Shown: piece by piece, positions 62,001-64,000 of the stretch | How positions within the stretch are numbered: position 1 is the first letter of the stretch | Layout: each line of letters opens with the position of its first letter | Assembly: GCA_965223335.1 (NCBI GenBank) | Contig: OZ244991.1 | Coordinates: 1,632,001 to 1,696,000 of the forward strand | From: Thermodesulfobacteriota bacterium | GTDB taxonomy: Bacteria; Desulfobacterota_D; UBA1144; Nemesobacterales; UBA2774 | Direction of reading: 5' to 3' | DNA length: 64,000 nt | The notes under the pieces: model-generated | What the model was told of the DNA's origin: nothing | The model's database searches: none | What the model saw: only the letters and a program-made list of their open reading frames with translations | Position numbers and translations under genes: made by a program

Positions 62001-62323
62001 TGATGGACGGAAGGGCGCTAAAGGTTGTGTGTGAGGGCACGGTTGACCTGGTCCAAAAGCAACTAGACCTCCAGGTGCTTGTAATCCCTGTGTTTTCGGT
62101 CGATGCGGTCATAGAAAAGATACCTCTGGTTAAATCCGTGCTGGGCAAGGATATGGTGTCGATACCCGTTAGAGTAAGTGGAGACATATCTAATCCCGAG
62201 ATTAAACAGCTCTCCGTGTCTGCCATCAGCACCGGTATTCTCGCGATTATTAAAGAGACGCTTAATATCCCCGTTTCTTTAGTTAAGCCGCTTCCTAAAC
62301 ACGATGATGCAAAGGACGATTAA
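59057..62323 (+). CDS. AsmA-like / YhdP-like repeated beta-groove protein
   Basis: N-terminal TM anchor, long beta-rich body, AsmA-type C-terminus (G.VDL...LD...IP...V.G...NP); TTG start. Confidence 0.8.
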   Translation: MVRIKKYTRLILISLGIIFLLVSALLIVGVNLVNRDLMKDQILSVTSVKIGGEVKYKDAHITLFHRPHLVLEGGHVNIPGKLDADFDTLDIYPAILPLFLGNIEVSELRVIRPNIVLSSAKKSDTEKQKAKQDKEPILSRVRSKIKNIFEFVKHDTGDLNIQIVDGEFELVRSGNDLLKITQINALFSKPQEKIQYKITATSDEWDRISAQGWLSPDDFESTGKIDVTGLKVGPITPGTKEISTSIAIEDADLSITYDTGGLNNLDVYMKTDIPKILLDNGENSKQIENIDLASRLSADDNEIKVEVLNGNFTTPPLSVNGSYRIDNNTQSHELTLSGQNIDAKSARDIALFVAGQNRIVKIIFEIVRGGTVPDIKLTGNAGSFKQIWKKGNFELKGSMINGEVFIPKAEYDLTDAKGEVVIGDGLLKGSNMSAKMGNSIGTEGSLTLGLEGPIGPLLLDVLVDADVSDIPPVLKQFISDRIFQGEIDRLQAVSGRAKGKLILGEQKKSPKPKIDVTDLTINADYGRVPYKLEIDGGRFQYENKFIKVSDINLTTTNFSTKGINGSFSWQENNILNLNSSAVNFELHDMFKWLRSFDLLGSHLEKVADLKGSALLDSLAFKGDVMVPSTWRIESVGSINNAVIKLPGLDGDITVPSNQFVVTPEKISFNDSQIQVDTNSINLGANINNYVTHGFSVDVKFNGGLDAPISNELITYFNIPDLVSVTGPLSISDSSLVYKKYKDNNSLLNGAAIKGTRTTDLRSLKLDITLDADSLEWKKDKTYSENTEAKTDNTKEARPSADPDARKTLLFGDVKVKSKNFAYGQFDWTSVDGVIDLDGRDVNVNISSANLCGIDTPGVFEVSPPKLKLDLTPKSTDTDLSTTIECLLKKGKILTGDFKFDGDLLSDTDQGAVFEGLNGNLDFISHNGHVSNYGTVAKFFSILNLGDVIRGELPDFSKKGFPYEMMKAKGEITDGILELKEAVMDGRALKVVCEGTVDLVQKQLDLQVLVIPVFSVDAVIEKIPLVKSVLGKDMVSIPVRVSGDISNPEIKQLSVSAISTGILAIIKETLNIPVSLVKPLPKHDDAKDD

Positions 62324-62351
62324 AGACGGTGCAGTGCTTAAGTTACATGGG

Positions 62352-62777
62352 TTATTTTTGCTTTAAAATATCCCTAATCTCTTCTAGCAATAGCTCTTCA
62401 TTTGTGGGTTCTGGAGCGGGTTCCTCTTCCTTTTTTTCCTGACTAAGCCTGTTTATGTTCTTAATGATAAAAAACACTGCGAGTGCCACTAAGATAAAGA
62501 TTATTATTGTGTTAATGAACGTGCCGTAATTGATGGTGATTGCACCGGCTTTGGTTGCCTCGGCCAAGGTCGCATACGGCCCCGCCGGTGTACCGTCTTT
62601 TAGCACCGTAAAGAGGTCTGCGAAATCTACATCACCGATAAGTATGCCGATAGGGGGCATAATGATGTCGTTAACAAAGGAGTGCACAATGGTACCGAAT
62701 GCGGCACCGATAACGATCCCGACCGCCATGTCCACTACATTGCCCCGCAGTGCAAATTCTTTGAACTCTTTTAGCAT
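62352..62777 (-). CDS. mscL: Large-conductance mechanosensitive channel
   Basis: [22 protein letters not shown] and LL.EIRD motifs. Confidence 0.97.
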   Translation of the reverse strand: MLKEFKEFALRGNVVDMAVGIVIGAAFGTIVHSFVNDIIMPPIGILIGDVDFADLFTVLKDGTPAGPYATLAEATKAGAITINYGTFINTIIIFILVALAVFFIIKNINRLSQEKKEEEPAPEPTNEELLLEEIRDILKQK

Positions 62778-62895
62778 ATTTTCACCTCGTAATAATTTAG
62801 GTTGGTACGATTATCTCATAAAGACAATTTATTTTCAAATACTGCTAACCACTATATATTTATCGATATTTTGTTGAATCAAGGAGGGCTCGGGC

Positions 62896-63171
62896 ATGGG
62901 TAAGGCAACTGTGAACATAGAGTACTGTACAAAATGCAGGTGGTTGATCAGGGCTACGTGGATTGCCCAGGAACTGCTTACTACATTTGAAGACGAGATA
63001 GGAGAGTTGGCGCTAGTCCCAGGCACGGGGGGAGTGTTTGAGGTCAAGATAAACGAACAAATCTTATGGTCCCGTGCAGATCAAAACGGGTTCCCCGATA
63101 TCGCCCAGCTAAAGAGACTGGTTAGGGATGTTATAGCCCCTGATAAGTCCCTTGGTCATACCGACCTCTAA
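62896..63171 (+). CDS. Rdx (SelT/SelW/SelH) family protein, Cys form
   Basis: IEYCTKCRW..RA.W.AQELL.TF and GG.FEV motifs. Confidence 0.92.
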   Translation: MGKATVNIEYCTKCRWLIRATWIAQELLTTFEDEIGELALVPGTGGVFEVKINEQILWSRADQNGFPDIAQLKRLVRDVIAPDKSLGHTDL

Positions 63172-63228
63172 ACAGTGTGTATAATTTATTTTACGATGAC
63201 TATATCGCTAGCAAATGGGGAAGTTTAA

Positions 63229-63933
63229 ATGACGGTATATTTGCTTACTGATAGTCTCGATTTCCCCCAACCCGAACTCGCAGAGGAAAACGGGCTTTTG
63301 GCTCTAGGTGGTGACCTCGGCACCGAGAGGTTACTGCTGGCATATAAAAGCGGCATATTCCCCTGGTACTCAGAGGGCCAGCCTATTCTCTGGTTCTCGC
63401 CCGATCCTAGGTTTATTTTACTGCCTAACGAATTACACATAAGCTCAAAAGTTAAAAAGTTAATCAACTCCGGTGTGTTCGAGGTAAGGTTCGATACCCG
63501 CTTCACCGAGGTGATACACAAATGCTCCGAGGTGCCTAGAGCCGGGCAAGAGGGCACATGGATCACGAGTGACATGATCAACGCCTATGTTGAACTGCAT
63601 AACAAAGGCTATGCTCATTCGGTTGAGACTTATCTCGACGGCAATTTAGTAGGTGGGTTGTACGGGGTTTCACTGGGCAGAGCGTTTTTTGGCGAGTCAA
63701 TGTTCCACACTGCAAGCAACGCCTCGAAAGTGGCTTTGTACTATCTTGTGTGCAGACTTATCGATTGGGACTTCATGTTTATCGACTCGCAGGTGCCCAA
63801 TGCGCATATGAAGAGCCTGGGGGCAAAAGAGATTCCGCGCACCCAATTTCTTCGTTTGCTTGCCCGTGCTTTAGAGTCCGAGAGCGTTGTCGGCAACTGG
63901 GGTAAGGATAAGCCCATTTGCAGTGAACTCTGA
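63229..63933 (+). CDS. aat: Leucyl/phenylalanyl-tRNA-protein transferase
   Basis: GLLA.GGDL, GIFPW, WFSPDPR, GGLYGV and FGESMF motifs. Confidence 0.96.
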   Translation: MTVYLLTDSLDFPQPELAEENGLLALGGDLGTERLLLAYKSGIFPWYSEGQPILWFSPDPRFILLPNELHISSKVKKLINSGVFEVRFDTRFTEVIHKCSEVPRAGQEGTWITSDMINAYVELHNKGYAHSVETYLDGNLVGGLYGVSLGRAFFGESMFHTASNASKVALYYLVCRLIDWDFMFIDSQVPNAHMKSLGAKEIPRTQFLRLLARALESESVVGNWGKDKPICSEL

Positions 63934-64000
63934 GTTGTTAAGCTTCATATAACCTAGGCGCACTATAATTGAAAATTAAAGAGCTACATGTATAATCCTT

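Noticed and set aside
62896..63171. Possible selenoprotein (Rdx family; DUF3179 and MsrB also checked)
   Set aside because: The redox positions are ordinary Cys codons, with no in-frame TGA.
254..63581. Numerous short ORFs antisense to or overlapping the called genes
   Set aside because: Shadow ORFs of well-supported genes, with no recognisable motifs.

Overview
Bacterial chromosomal window with high gene density; no rRNA, tRNA, CRISPR array or transposase was recognised. The gene content (A2-type caa3 oxidase cluster, CSLREA protein with a GGGCS-type sorting tail, Lnt/Lgt, TolB, AsmA) fits an aerobic diderm, possibly of the Desulfobacterota/Dadabacteria group, but that placement is inference only. 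Housekeeping blocks: a truncated P450, metY-metX, trxB, ygfZ, mreBCD-mrdA-rodA, sco-coxBAC-IV-ctaA-ctaB, pepF, hisD-hisC, lnt-lgt-dsbA, tolB, a redox/detox stretch, mscL and aat. The standout is a ~12.5 kb minus-strand region (26710-39240). An ECF sigma / zinc anti-sigma / subtilase operon is followed by a series of secreted-protein genes. Five near-perfect copies and one degenerate copy of a bipartite motif (TGAACCWT-N12-YGTTACWHAC) lie in front of the sigma operon and these transcription units, and most units end in their own hairpin. The anti-sigma C-terminal domain resembles a subtilase propeptide. Together this looks like a physically clustered, autoregulated ECF regulon for an extracellular protease/surface-protein set.
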